This document shows positions 1 through 9,686 of a stretch of 64,000 nucleotides of DNA, piece after piece. Origin of the DNA: an uncultured Desulfatitalea sp. Lineage in GTDB: Bacteria > Desulfobacterota > Desulfobacteria > Desulfobacterales > Desulfosarcinaceae. A model generated the notes under the pieces. The model saw nothing but the letters and a program-made list of their open reading frames with translations, was not told where the DNA came from and did not search any database. The DNA lies in assembly GCA_963668675.2 (NCBI GenBank), contig CAXXMB010000001.1:288001-352000 (forward strand). The letters run 5' to 3'. The stretch's first letter is position 1, and every line of letters starts with the position of its first letter. Both the position numbers and the translations under genes were made by a program.

Positions 1-2367
1 CTTGACCAGTTCCGCCTGGGCCGCCTCCAGATCCCGCGTGCGTTCGGCCACCATCTGTTCCAACTGCTGACGGTATCGTACTAGCTCCGCTTCGGTCTCT
101 TTGCGTTGGGTCACGTCGCGTACGATGCTCAACAAGGTGTGCCGCCCCTGGTGCACCATCCGCTGGCTGCTCACCTCAACAATGGCTTTTGATCCATCTT
201 TACGTACATGAATCGCCTCGAAGTAGACGGGGGCGTCCCCGGATGGTTGACCAAACCGATTGGTCAAGGGGGCAGGGGCATCCGGATCGAGGATGTCCTT
301 GAGGGAACGTTTCAGAATATCATCTTTTCCGTAGCCCAGATGTCGGCAGGCCGCCATGTTGACATCTTTAAAACTGCCGCTCTCCGCATCGGTAAGAAAG
401 ATGGGGTCGGCCGCCGTTTCAAAAATAGTGCGAAAACGCGCCTCGCTCTCCTCCAGCGCCCGCTGGGTTTTTTTCAAGGCGTTGATATCCACAGTCATTG
501 TGAGCACGCAATCCTCACCTTTGTAGCGGATAGGGCTCGAAGAGATTAAACTTTCCAGAAGACGGCCGTCTTTCGTGCGGAAGCGCGCTTCCATACCCTC
601 GACTTGGCCATGACGCCTCAACGTCTGGATCATGCGTTCCCGGTCGGCAGGGTTCGCGTATAGATTCAGGTCCAAAGGGGTCCGCCCTATCGTCTCTTCA
701 CGGGTATAGCCGGTACGTTTGCAGAAAGCATTGTTGACCTCTACATATTTTGCATCGGAAAGGCGCGTGATGACGATAGTGTAGGGAGCCGTGTCCAGGA
801 TCGTGCGATAGCTCTCTTCTCTTTCGCTAAGCGCTTTTTGCGCTTTTTTTAGAGAGTCTATGTTGGTAGAAATAAAGAGGAAACAATCCTCTCCATGGTA
901 CTGGATCGGACGGGCCGATGCCAGGGAGTTGGTCAGCTGCCCGCTTTTGGTCCTGAACTGGACCTCCATACTGTCGACCCTGCCATGCTCGCGGAAAATG
1001 TTCCGTAACCGCCTGAAATCGGAGCTGTCATTGTAGACTTCCAGATCTTTGCTGGTTCGACCGATCGCCTCTTCCCTTGTGTAGCCGGTTCGTTGGGTGA
1101 AGGCGTCGTTGACCTCCAGATAGCGGCCGTCGGAAATGCGCGATATCGTAATAGAGTAAGGTGCGGTCTGCATTATGGTGCGATAGCCCTCTTCGCTTTC
1201 GCTCAACTCCCTTTGGGCCCTTTTTAGCTCCCCCACGTCTGCGGAGATAAACAACAGACAGTCTTCATCCCCGAATTGAATTCTACGGGCGGAGGCCACC
1301 GTCTCTGTGACGCGTCCATCCTTGCCTTGAAAAGTGATCTCCATGCCGTCCACCCGGCCGTCTCGAAAGATGGCTTCCCGCAGGCGATCCCGTTGGTCAG
1401 GATTTTTAAAGATATTTAGCTCAAGAGACGATTTGCCGATCACCTCATTCGGCGTATATCCGGTTCGTTGGGTAAATCCCTTGTTGACCTGAAGGTAGCG
1501 TGAATCGGAAAGGCGCGTGATGGTCACGGAGTAGGGGAAGGCCTCAAGGATGGTGAGATGGTGTTTCTCGCGCTCCTCCAGAGCGCGCTGGGTCGCCTTG
1601 AGTTCGCTGATGTCGGTGAAGACTCCGAGAATGCACTCTTGGTTGTTGAAAGGCACTAACCGGGCCGACAGGAGGGTGTCATGGATCGAGCCGTGCCTGT
1701 CTTTGAGCTGTACTTCCAGGCGTTCTATTTTACTATCATTACGCAAAATATTCAGTATGTTAGAACGAACTTCCGGGTCACAATACAGCTTTAGATCCAA
1801 GGTGGTTTTGCCCAAGGCTTCCTGGCGTGGGTATCCGAAGTTCGTGCAGAATACATCGTTGACCACTAGAATGCGACCATCGGAAACGCTGGTGATTAAA
1901 ATCATTAGGGGAGAGAGTTCCATGATGCGCCGGTAGCTCTCTTCACTCTCCCGCAGCGCATTTTCAGTTTTTTTCCTTTCGGTCACATCCCTTGCGATAC
2001 CGCAGAAACCGACAGCCTGACCATTCATGTCCCTGCGCAGGGCAGCCACGGTTTCAGCTGTTCGAATGGTGCCGTCTTTGCAGATGACATCGTAGATCAG
2101 GATGGGAGAGGGATGGCCGGTTTGAAAGACACGTTGGAGGGCATCGAAAATGCCTTGGCTCTGGTCTTCCGGAATGAAGTCCCGGAAAGAGAGGCCGGCG
2201 AGTTCATCCCGGGTGCGTCCGTGAAAGGCGCAGATATAGTCGTTGAACACGGTGAGCTTGCCGTTGAGATCGATTTCGAAATAGCTCTCACCTAGTGATT
2301 CAAGGAGTTGCTGATACACTTCCTGGCGTCTTTTATCCGCTGGATTATGGTCAGGAAGTTGTGACAT
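1..2367 (-). CDS. Multi-PAS (6 PAS) sensor histidine kinase, partial; the kinase core runs off the window start
   Basis: Not in the ORF track because it has no stop in the window. Read manually: SD AGGAG then ATG at 2367 (MSQLPDHNPADKRRQEVYQQLLESLGESYFEIDLNG...). Six PAS repeats end in ...LEAAQAELVK, matching the pre-H-box segment ELEAVQQELVK of the upstream paralog. Confidence 0.9.
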   Translation of the reverse strand, partial: MSQLPDHNPADKRRQEVYQQLLESLGESYFEIDLNGKLTVFNDYICAFHGRTRDELAGLSFRDFIPEDQSQGIFDALQRVFQTGHPSPILIYDVICKDGTIRTAETVAALRRDMNGQAVGFCGIARDVTERKKTENALRESEESYRRIMELSPLMILITSVSDGRILVVNDVFCTNFGYPRQEALGKTTLDLKLYCDPEVRSNILNILRNDSKIERLEVQLKDRHGSIHDTLLSARLVPFNNQECILGVFTDISELKATQRALEEREKHHLTILEAFPYSVTITRLSDSRYLQVNKGFTQRTGYTPNEVIGKSSLELNIFKNPDQRDRLREAIFRDGRVDGMEITFQGKDGRVTETVASARRIQFGDEDCLLFISADVGELKRAQRELSESEEGYRTIMQTAPYSITISRISDGRYLEVNDAFTQRTGYTREEAIGRTSKDLEVYNDSSDFRRLRNIFREHGRVDSMEVQFRTKSGQLTNSLASARPIQYHGEDCFLFISTNIDSLKKAQKALSEREESYRTILDTAPYTIVITRLSDAKYVEVNNAFCKRTGYTREETIGRTPLDLNLYANPADRERMIQTLRRHGQVEGMEARFRTKDGRLLESLISSSPIRYKGEDCVLTMTVDINALKKTQRALEESEARFRTIFETAADPIFLTDAESGSFKDVNMAACRHLGYGKDDILKRSLKDILDPDAPAPLTNRFGQPSGDAPVYFEAIHVRKDGSKAIVEVSSQRMVHQGRHTLLSIVRDVTQRKETEAELVRYRQQLEQMVAERTRDLEAAQAELVK

Positions 2368-2398
2368 CGAGGATCTCCTGTCTAAATGCCGGTCTGCA

Positions 2399-5300
2399 TC
2401 AATTTCTGCAGGGCAACGTAATCTTCATTTCGGTTCCTTGTCCCGGGCGGCTATGCAGAGTGATCCGCCCTTTATGCTCTTCCACTATTTTTTTAACAAT
2501 GGCCAACCCGATGCCCGTACCTCTCGCGCGGGTGGTGAACAGCGGTTCAAAGGCGCGCATGGTGGTCTCCGAATCCATGCCGATGCCGTTGTCGGTGATA
2601 TGTATCGCCACCACGCCCCCCTCCATCGCGGTCCTTACAGAGATCTCCGGTTGAAAGTCGGCGTTATCTTTGGATCTGGCCTTCACGGCTTGAAGGGCGT
2701 TGTCCAGCACATTGATCATGACACGGCGCATCTTATCCCGGTCATGGGGCAGGGACGGAAGATTTTCGGCGGTCTCCATCGAAATTTCAATCCCCTCGGA
2801 CTCCTCTATCTGTTCGATCACCTCGGGCATCCAGTCGCTCAATTGCTGTCGGACGATATTGATGTTGCGCCCTCGCGTGAATTCGAGCAGATCGGCAACA
2901 ATCGTGTCGCAGAGCGCAACCTGCTCGTCGATGCGTCTGAAGTGCTTTTGTTGCTTCTTATCCGCTTTTCCGGATTTCCGCTGCAGGTAGAAGTTGGAGG
3001 AGCGGATGACGCCCAGCGGATTGCGCAGCTCATGGCTCACCGTGGCGGTCAGCTGACCAAGCACTGCCAGCTTTTCACGCTTGACCAGCTCCTGCTGCAC
3101 TGCCTCCAGCTCCCGGGTGCGGTCGGCGACCATCAGCTCCAGGTTCTGCCGGTAGCGCTCCAGCTCCTGCTCCGCCATTTTCCGCTCGCTGACGTCGCGG
3201 ACAATGCTCAACTGGGCCGGCGTGCCCTCGCGCGCGACGATGCCGCTGCTCACCTCCACAGGCATGGAAGTGCCGTCTTTTCTCATCAGAACCGATTCAA
3301 AAAAGAGGCGCTCCATCCGGTCCGCACCATCGACATTGGCCGGCCTCGGGTAGGGGTGCCCCGGGCTTACGATCTGATCCAGCGACATGCTGTGCAGTTC
3401 GCCGGCCGTATATCCGAGATGCCGGCAGGCCGTCTTGTTGATATTGAGGAAACGCCCGTCGCGCAGATCGTTGACGAATATGGCGTCGGCGGCGGTTTCG
3501 AATATGGCCCGGAAGCGCTCCTCGCTCTCCCGCAAGGCCGATTGCGCCCTCTTCATGGCGGTGAGGTCGGCGACCGACGCGAGCAGGCACGGCTTCCCCT
3601 TGTAGCGGATCGGGGTGATGGCGGTCAGGCACTCCATAACCTTTCCGTTTTTAACCCGGTACGGGATTTCCAGGTCCTCTATCCGTCCGTGCTCCGAAAG
3701 CAAATCGACCACTCGCTTGAAATCGGACCGATCAGCATAGATGTCCAATTCACGCACGGTCCGGCCGACAACTTCGTCGCGGCTGTAGCCGGTCTGCTGG
3801 CAAAACCGTTTGTTCACTTCCACATAGCGATTGTCCTCCCGGCTGATGACCGACGTCGAGATGAATGTCGAATCGAGGATGCTGCGGTAGCCCGCTTCAC
3901 TTTCACGAAGGGCCCCCTGGGTCTTTTTCAGGGCTGTGATGTCGGCGATGTTAAAGAGAAGGGCGGGTTGGCCTTCAAATTTAAAGGGTCGGCAAGAGAT
4001 TATCGTCTCCAGGATGGATCCATCCTTTTTGCGGATTCGCACCTCCATGCCGTCGATACGTCCTTTGCTCCGCAACGCCTTCTCCATCTTATCATATGTA
4101 TCTTGATCGACAAAAAGATCGACCTCCGATGAGGTCCGGCCGATGATCTCATCTGCACAATAGCCGGTGTTGACGTTGAAACTGTTATTCACCTGCAGGT
4201 AGCGCAGGTCGGACTGATTGACGATGGTGATGGCATACGGCGCCGTGTCGAGGATGGCCCGTTGCCCCTCCTCCTTCTCCTGGAGGGCGCGTTGGATCTC
4301 TTTAAGGCTTGTAATGCTGGTGATAACGGTCAGAATACAATCTTCACCTTTGAAGCGAATGTAGTGGGCTGAAAAAAGATCGTCATGGACACTCCCTTCC
4401 CGGTTGAGGAAGTTCAATTCAAGATCTTTCACCTTGCCGTCCCGCTTCAACATCGCCACCCAACGCTTTCTGTTTTCCGGATCGGTATAGAGCCCCAATT
4501 CGATGGGGGTGTGTCCGATTACCGCTTCGTGTGGATAGCCGGTGCGTTCACAAAAGGCTCGGTTGACCCCTACGATGCGGCTGTCCGATACCCGGGTGAT
4601 GCAGATCATGCTCGGGGCCAGCTCCATGATGCGCCGGTAGCTCTCTTCGCTTTCGGCCAATGCCTGCTGGGCGGCTTTGAGTTCGTCAATGGGGTTGGCC
4701 GCCACCAGAAGGTGGTTTTCACCATTGTATTCGATGATACGGGCCCACCACAGCTGTATTGAGACGGTGCCATCTTTATAGCGGACCGGAATTTCGAACC
4801 CGTCGACGGTGCCTTCTTGTTTGAGCATCTCGATAAATCGGAGGCGGTCGTCGGGATCGGCATAGATATCGAGGTCCAGGGATTTCTTTCCGATGGTCTC
4901 CTCCGGGGTGAAACCGGTGCGTTCGTAGAATAGTCGGTTGGCCTCAACATAGGTGCCTTCGTCGAGGGTGGTCAGGCAGATGGCGCTGGGAACCGAATCC
5001 ATGACTTCACGAATTCGCTTTTCACTCTCAAGCAGGGCCTGTTGTGCCTCGATCAGAGGGTTGATCACCGTGGCCACAGCCAGAAAGCACTCTTCCCCCT
5101 TGAACTCGATGGTCCGTGCAGAGAAAAGGTCGATCAGTTCCGTACCGTCTTTGGCCCGGAAACGGATCTCCATTTTGTCGACCCAACCGTTCTTGCGGAG
5201 CTCTTCAACAATCCTTTTTCGGTCTTCGGGATCGGCATAGATGTTGAGATCAAGCACCGAGCGGCCTATGGCCTCTTCGCGGCTGTACCCCGTCTGCTGG

Positions 5301-6976
5301 CAGAAGGTCTCATTGACTTCAAAGTATAGTCCGTCGGCAATACGCGAAATGGTGATGGCGTCCGGGGCCATCGCCATGACACGCCGGTAGCTCTCTTCGC
5401 TCTCCTTGAGCGCGGCGTGGGCCTCTTTGAGGGGGGTGATGACCGTGGCGACGATGAGCGTGCACTCCTTGTCATTGAAACGAATAACCTTGGCCGAAAC
5501 CAGATCGTCCAGCTTTTGGCCATTCTTACCCTGGTATCCGATCTCGATGCCGCTGACTTCGCCGTCGCGGGCTACCCGTCGTACGAGTTTGTTATGGTCT
5601 TCGAGGTTTTGGTAGATGTCCAGCTCTTTCCCTGTACGTCCGATGACTTCCTCTGGTGTTAAACCGAGATGCCGGCAGAAAGCGTCGTTGACCTGCACGA
5701 ATTGCATGGTGCTGTTGTCGACGATACAAATAGCATCCGGAGCCATCTCCACCACTTGGCGGTAGCTCTCCTCACTCTCCTGGAGCGCCTGCTCCAACGC
5801 TATGGCTTCAGTGCGGTCCCTGCTTACGCCGAAAAAACCGATGGGTTGGTCTTTTTCGTCCCTCATCAGGGTTACCGATATCTCATTGTGGCGTATGGTG
5901 CCGTCCCTTTTTACCAATTTGCACTGGACAATGTTGGTTGCCCGACCGCTCTCGTAGACTTGGTTGAAGGTTTTATAAAGGTTTTCCGCACTCTCGGGCG
6001 ATACGAACTCCCGGTAGTCCATGCCGATCAACTCGTTGCTGGTTCTGCCGAAAATTCTGCAGGTGGCGCCATTGACGGTGGTGATGTTTCCCTTAAGATC
6101 CGTTTCGTAATACCCCTCCTCCAGGTTGGCGAGGATGGTACGATATTTTAGTTCACTGGCTTTGAGGGCCTGTTCGGTCTTTCTCAGTTCGGTGAGGTCC
6201 CGCACGACACCACAGAAACCCACCAGTTCGCCTGCTTCATTTCGCAGGGGAACGGCAACGGTTTGGTTGACTGCCGTTGAACCGTCTTTTTGGAGGATTT
6301 CATACTCCAGGAGGCTTGAGGGTTTGCCCGTAAGGTAGACTTGACTGTAACTGTCGAAGATGCGGCGGGCGCCTTCAGGGGTCATGTAATCCTTAAAATT
6401 GAGTTGGATCAGCTCCTCCCGGGAGCGGCCGGCAAACCGGCAGAGCACGTCGTTGACGTAAGTGAAATTTCCTGAAAGGTCCACTTCGAAATAGCCGTCG
6501 GCAGACTCATCAAGCAATTGACGGTAGGTTTTTTCGTTGTGCTTCTTCTCAACTGTTTGATCTGCAGGCGGCTCGGTGGACTGACCGGTTTTGACCAAGT
6601 GGGTGATGGTGCCTTGCGGGTCTCTGACCGTCGAGATTGAGACCATCTCCCAAAGCCCATTGCTCTCTTTGGTTCGATGTTCAATCTTGCCTTTCCACTC
6701 GCCGTTGTGATTCAGTTTTTTTACAATGGTCTCCCATGGCTCGCAGGCTTTACTCCAGAAAGCGGGGAGGCTGGCACCGACCATTTCCGATGGCGGGTAG
6801 CCGAATGTTCGGGTGCAACAAGGATTGACATACTGGATCGTACCGTCCGGGTCGGTCAGGGTGACCGTGACCGGCATGTTTTCCATGCTCAATAGTGCGA
6901 GATTTTCGTTTTGCGGATATTCAGGTGCGGTGGCTCCCGGTTGGTCGGATAGGGCGATACGGTGGTCTTCATTCAT
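2399..6976 (-). CDS. Cytoplasmic multi-PAS (10 PAS) sensor histidine kinase
   Basis: 1525 aa; ten ~125-aa PAS/PAC repeats joined by 'ALxESEExYR' linkers. H-box SHELRNPL, N-box NVLDNALQA, G1 DNGIGM, F/G2 FEPLFTTRARGTGIGL. No TM helix seen. Confidence 0.95.
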   Translation of the reverse strand: MNEDHRIALSDQPGATAPEYPQNENLALLSMENMPVTVTLTDPDGTIQYVNPCCTRTFGYPPSEMVGASLPAFWSKACEPWETIVKKLNHNGEWKGKIEHRTKESNGLWEMVSISTVRDPQGTITHLVKTGQSTEPPADQTVEKKHNEKTYRQLLDESADGYFEVDLSGNFTYVNDVLCRFAGRSREELIQLNFKDYMTPEGARRIFDSYSQVYLTGKPSSLLEYEILQKDGSTAVNQTVAVPLRNEAGELVGFCGVVRDLTELRKTEQALKASELKYRTILANLEEGYYETDLKGNITTVNGATCRIFGRTSNELIGMDYREFVSPESAENLYKTFNQVYESGRATNIVQCKLVKRDGTIRHNEISVTLMRDEKDQPIGFFGVSRDRTEAIALEQALQESEESYRQVVEMAPDAICIVDNSTMQFVQVNDAFCRHLGLTPEEVIGRTGKELDIYQNLEDHNKLVRRVARDGEVSGIEIGYQGKNGQKLDDLVSAKVIRFNDKECTLIVATVITPLKEAHAALKESEESYRRVMAMAPDAITISRIADGLYFEVNETFCQQTGYSREEAIGRSVLDLNIYADPEDRKRIVEELRKNGWVDKMEIRFRAKDGTELIDLFSARTIEFKGEECFLAVATVINPLIEAQQALLESEKRIREVMDSVPSAICLTTLDEGTYVEANRLFYERTGFTPEETIGKKSLDLDIYADPDDRLRFIEMLKQEGTVDGFEIPVRYKDGTVSIQLWWARIIEYNGENHLLVAANPIDELKAAQQALAESEESYRRIMELAPSMICITRVSDSRIVGVNRAFCERTGYPHEAVIGHTPIELGLYTDPENRKRWVAMLKRDGKVKDLELNFLNREGSVHDDLFSAHYIRFKGEDCILTVITSITSLKEIQRALQEKEEGQRAILDTAPYAITIVNQSDLRYLQVNNSFNVNTGYCADEIIGRTSSEVDLFVDQDTYDKMEKALRSKGRIDGMEVRIRKKDGSILETIISCRPFKFEGQPALLFNIADITALKKTQGALRESEAGYRSILDSTFISTSVISREDNRYVEVNKRFCQQTGYSRDEVVGRTVRELDIYADRSDFKRVVDLLSEHGRIEDLEIPYRVKNGKVMECLTAITPIRYKGKPCLLASVADLTAMKRAQSALRESEERFRAIFETAADAIFVNDLRDGRFLNINKTACRHLGYTAGELHSMSLDQIVSPGHPYPRPANVDGADRMERLFFESVLMRKDGTSMPVEVSSGIVAREGTPAQLSIVRDVSERKMAEQELERYRQNLELMVADRTRELEAVQQELVKREKLAVLGQLTATVSHELRNPLGVIRSSNFYLQRKSGKADKKQQKHFRRIDEQVALCDTIVADLLEFTRGRNINIVRQQLSDWMPEVIEQIEESEGIEISMETAENLPSLPHDRDKMRRVMINVLDNALQAVKARSKDNADFQPEISVRTAMEGGVVAIHITDNGIGMDSETTMRAFEPLFTTRARGTGIGLAIVKKIVEEHKGRITLHSRPGQGTEMKITLPCRN

Positions 6977-7187
6977 GGGGCTTTACGCCTTAAAATGGTT
7001 CCCTGTGACGCAGTTGCCGGCAATTGCGAATCAGGTTCTGTTCAATCGAAATCTTCTTCTATCATCCTGCCCTTCTTGGTTGCCCCGACTAGTGAAGCCA
7101 TTTGGTTCTTTATCGGCCGCCATGGCCTGTTAAGTTAGGTAATTCTTGGAATTTTCGGTAAATGGCGGCGTTTTTTCATCATGTTTG

Positions 7188-7216
7188 ATTATGGCAAAAG
7201 GGGGATTGGCTGTCAA
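7188..7216 (-). promoter_or_regulatory. sigma70-type promoter for the PAS kinase pair
   Basis: TTGACA-17 nt-CATAAT on the minus strand. Confidence 0.6.
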
Positions 7217-7321
7217 CGTGCGCAGACCGTTTATGACTGTACTATTAAGCCGGCCTTGATATAGAGGTCATGGCAATGGGCTGCATTCATATCTTTCAAG
7301 GGTGGATGCGAAGGTGTTTCA

Positions 7322-8401
7322 TCAAGAGGCTCTCTGGTTCAAATGCTCGAGCAATGAGCCGAGGGCAGCGACCGGCTTGAGATTGGAGAGCGCCCGGCGA
7401 AGTTGGATGCTCTCCTGGTACTCCTCCTTGTCCATCAGCAACTCCTCCTTGCGGGTGCCCGACTGCTTGATGTCGATGGCCGGCCAGAGTCGCTGCTCGG
7501 CGCAATCCCTGTTCAATACGAGATCCATGTTGCCGGTGCCTTTGAACTCCTGGTAGATGATGTCGTCCATGCGGCTGCCGGTTTCAATCAGGATGGTAGC
7601 CACGATGGTCAGTGACCCACCGCCTTCAATTTTTCGGGCGGCACCGAACACCTGCCTGGGGATCTCCAGCGCATTGGCGGCCAGTCCGCCGGTCATGGTG
7701 CGGCCGTGGCTCCGGGTCTCGGTATTAAATGCGCGTGCCATGCGGGTGAGCGAATCGATAAAGACCACCGTGTCCTGCCCCGCTTCTGCACACCGTATGG
7801 CGCAGTGGATGGACAGGCGGGTCATGCGCATGTGCTGGGCAATGCTCTGGTCCGCGGAGGATGCAAGCACGTGCGCGCCTTTTATGCCTCTCTTGAAATC
7901 GGTCACCTCTTCGGGCCTCTCATCCACCAGGAGGACAAACACAGTGGCATCGGAGTAGCCGTCCGTAACGGCGTTGGCCATGTGCTGAAGGATGGTGGTT
8001 TTGCCTGTTTTGGGTGGGGCGATGATCAGGCCCCGTTGCCCACGCCCGATGGGGACGATGCGGTCGAGCGCCTTGCCCATGAGATCCTTTTCACTGCGTG
8101 CCATGACAAAGCGTTGGGTGGGGCTGATACTTGTCTGCTGCTGCAGGGGCAGGGTTTCGGCATAGGCTTCAATGGAGCGGCCGTTGATGGTGTCGATGCT
8201 GCTGAGTTTCAAGTTGGTGTTCTTGCCACTGCCTTTTACACCTGCACCCTCCACATAAATTCCCTCGCGCAGTTTGTACTGCGCGATCAATTGGGCCGGC
8301 ACGAAGGTGTCGGACGGCGTCGGCCGAAAATTGTCTTCGATGCGGCGTAAAAATCCAAAGCCTTTGTCCAGAATTTCAAGATGACCTTTGACGCTATTCA
8401 A
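7322..8401 (-). CDS. rho: Transcription termination factor Rho, short form lacking the N-terminal helical bundle
   Basis: RNP1-like GFGFLR, PIGRGQRGLIIAPPKTGKTT (Walker A), DERPEEVTD, DSLTRMARAFN, ETGSRMDDIIYQEFKGTGNMDL, SGTRKEELL. Only 359 aa; TTG start. Confidence 0.93.
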   Translation of the reverse strand: MNSVKGHLEILDKGFGFLRRIEDNFRPTPSDTFVPAQLIAQYKLREGIYVEGAGVKGSGKNTNLKLSSIDTINGRSIEAYAETLPLQQQTSISPTQRFVMARSEKDLMGKALDRIVPIGRGQRGLIIAPPKTGKTTILQHMANAVTDGYSDATVFVLLVDERPEEVTDFKRGIKGAHVLASSADQSIAQHMRMTRLSIHCAIRCAEAGQDTVVFIDSLTRMARAFNTETRSHGRTMTGGLAANALEIPRQVFGAARKIEGGGSLTIVATILIETGSRMDDIIYQEFKGTGNMDLVLNRDCAEQRLWPAIDIKQSGTRKEELLMDKEEYQESIQLRRALSNLKPVAALGSLLEHLNQRAS

Positions 8402-8471
8402 AATAGTCCTTTCAAGATGGGCAGCAGATTTTTTGTGGAGGAGCGCTTGTCCAGTTGTTTAATTTGACGTT

Positions 8472-8771
8472 TCAGCTTCGTTTGTTGAGGGTGCGCAGCA
8501 GGGTGCTCTGCTCGCCTCTCTCCAGATCTTCGAGTGCAAAGGTGAGGGCCAGTTCCAGCAGGGCCGATTTGTTTTCGATCGGTGCGCCGGCCAGCTTCAT
8601 CTGGTGGAAGTGGCGGTTGAAGCGCTCCAAAAGGGATTCCGTAAGGTAAAAACCGGCTTTGCGTTTGGGCGCAGGCGGCGCTGAAGGTGGAAAACGGGTT
8701 GCTGTGGCCACCGGATCGGGTCCGTGCTCTTCAAAAAAATCGGGGTGCTTGTTTCGCTCGGATGCCGTCAT
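8472..8771 (-). CDS. Small ParA partner protein, predicted ribbon-helix-helix (ParG-like)
   Basis: GGAGG SD inside the parA 3' end. Pro-rich flexible N-terminus, then beta(KRKAGFYL)-helix-helix(KSALLELAL) pattern. Confidence 0.65.
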   Translation of the reverse strand: MTASERNKHPDFFEEHGPDPVATATRFPPSAPPAPKRKAGFYLTESLLERFNRHFHQMKLAGAPIENKSALLELALTFALEDLERGEQSTLLRTLNKRS

Positions 8772-9525
8772 CGATAAGCCTCCTGGTCAGTTTGTCATAA
8801 TCCTGGGCGCCTATGGCGCGGTTGTCATATTCGAATATGGTTTGACCGGCCGAAGGGGCCTCGGACAGTCTCACGTTGTGACGGATCGGATGGCAGATCT
8901 GCCGGGTAAAGAAACGTTTCAGTTTGCGGTAGAGTTCGAAACTCTGCCGGGTGCGCCGGTCGAAGAGCGTCGGCAGAATGTATTTCAGGCCAAGATCGCT
9001 GTTCAGTTTCTGGGCCGAGACGAGATAACCGAAAAAGGTCTTGAGCCCTTCTATCGCCGGCCCCTGCAACGCTACGGGGCAGAGCACCTCGCTGGTGGCC
9101 ATGAGAATGTTGACGCTGAGAATGTCCCAGCCCGGCGCGCAGTCGAAGATGAGGAAGTCGAGGCTGTTGCCTTTGGGGACCAGTGTTTGGCTCAGCAGAG
9201 CGTGGCGATGCTCCCGGGGCTGCTCACCCAGCCAGTTTTTGAGCTCCACCAGCTTGATGCCGCCGGAGAGTATCCAGAGGTTTTCGCGGGCCTGGTGAAT
9301 GGTCTCCATCTTTTTCAGGGGCTGGCCCTGTTCGTCACGCCCGGTGACAAACTCATAGAGACCGTACCTTGGGGTCACTCCCAGAAATTTGGCCACCTGA
9401 TCCTGGGTGTCGCAATCGACCAGCAGTACCCGCTGCCCTTGAAGGGCCAAGGAGTGGGCAAGGTTGACGGCTGTGGTGGTCTTGCCGACACCGCCCTTGG
9501 CCATGGCCACGGCAATTTTTCGCAT
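8731..9525 (-). CDS. ParA/Soj-family ATPase (second copy, no N-terminal HTH)
   Basis: Deviant Walker A KGGVGKTT, LVDCDTQ, FLIFDCAPG, RLSEAPSAG. Confidence 0.93.
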   Translation of the reverse strand: MRKIAVAMAKGGVGKTTTAVNLAHSLALQGQRVLLVDCDTQDQVAKFLGVTPRYGLYEFVTGRDEQGQPLKKMETIHQARENLWILSGGIKLVELKNWLGEQPREHRHALLSQTLVPKGNSLDFLIFDCAPGWDILSVNILMATSEVLCPVALQGPAIEGLKTFFGYLVSAQKLNSDLGLKYILPTLFDRRTRQSFELYRKLKRFFTRQICHPIRHNVRLSEAPSAGQTIFEYDNRAIGAQDYDKLTRRLIDDGIRAKQAPRFF

Positions 9526-9559
9526 CGCCGGAATCTTTCTTTGGAATAATGTACGAATA

Positions 9560-9587
9560 TACGAACAGTAGAAAATTACTGTTCATA
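9560..9587. promoter_or_regulatory. Inverted repeat upstream of the second parA (candidate operator/centromere)
   Basis: Perfect GAACAGTA-N6-TACTGTTC at 9563-9584, extending to 10/11 bp, about 40 nt upstream of the parA start. Confidence 0.45.
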
Positions 9588-9686
9588 CAGTATTCTGCAG
9601 TCGCCAAAAAAGCAAGCTATTTTTGACAATTCGCGTTTGCGGATGAGCGGGCGGGTTCAGCGGGTGGTCTGGGTCTCACGCCTTTT

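Noticed and set aside
2438..4132. 564-aa plus-strand ORF
   Set aside because: Antisense shadow of the PAS kinase in GC-rich DNA; no recognisable motifs.
8659..9549. 296-aa plus-strand ORF
   Set aside because: Antisense to the well-supported ParA and its partner.
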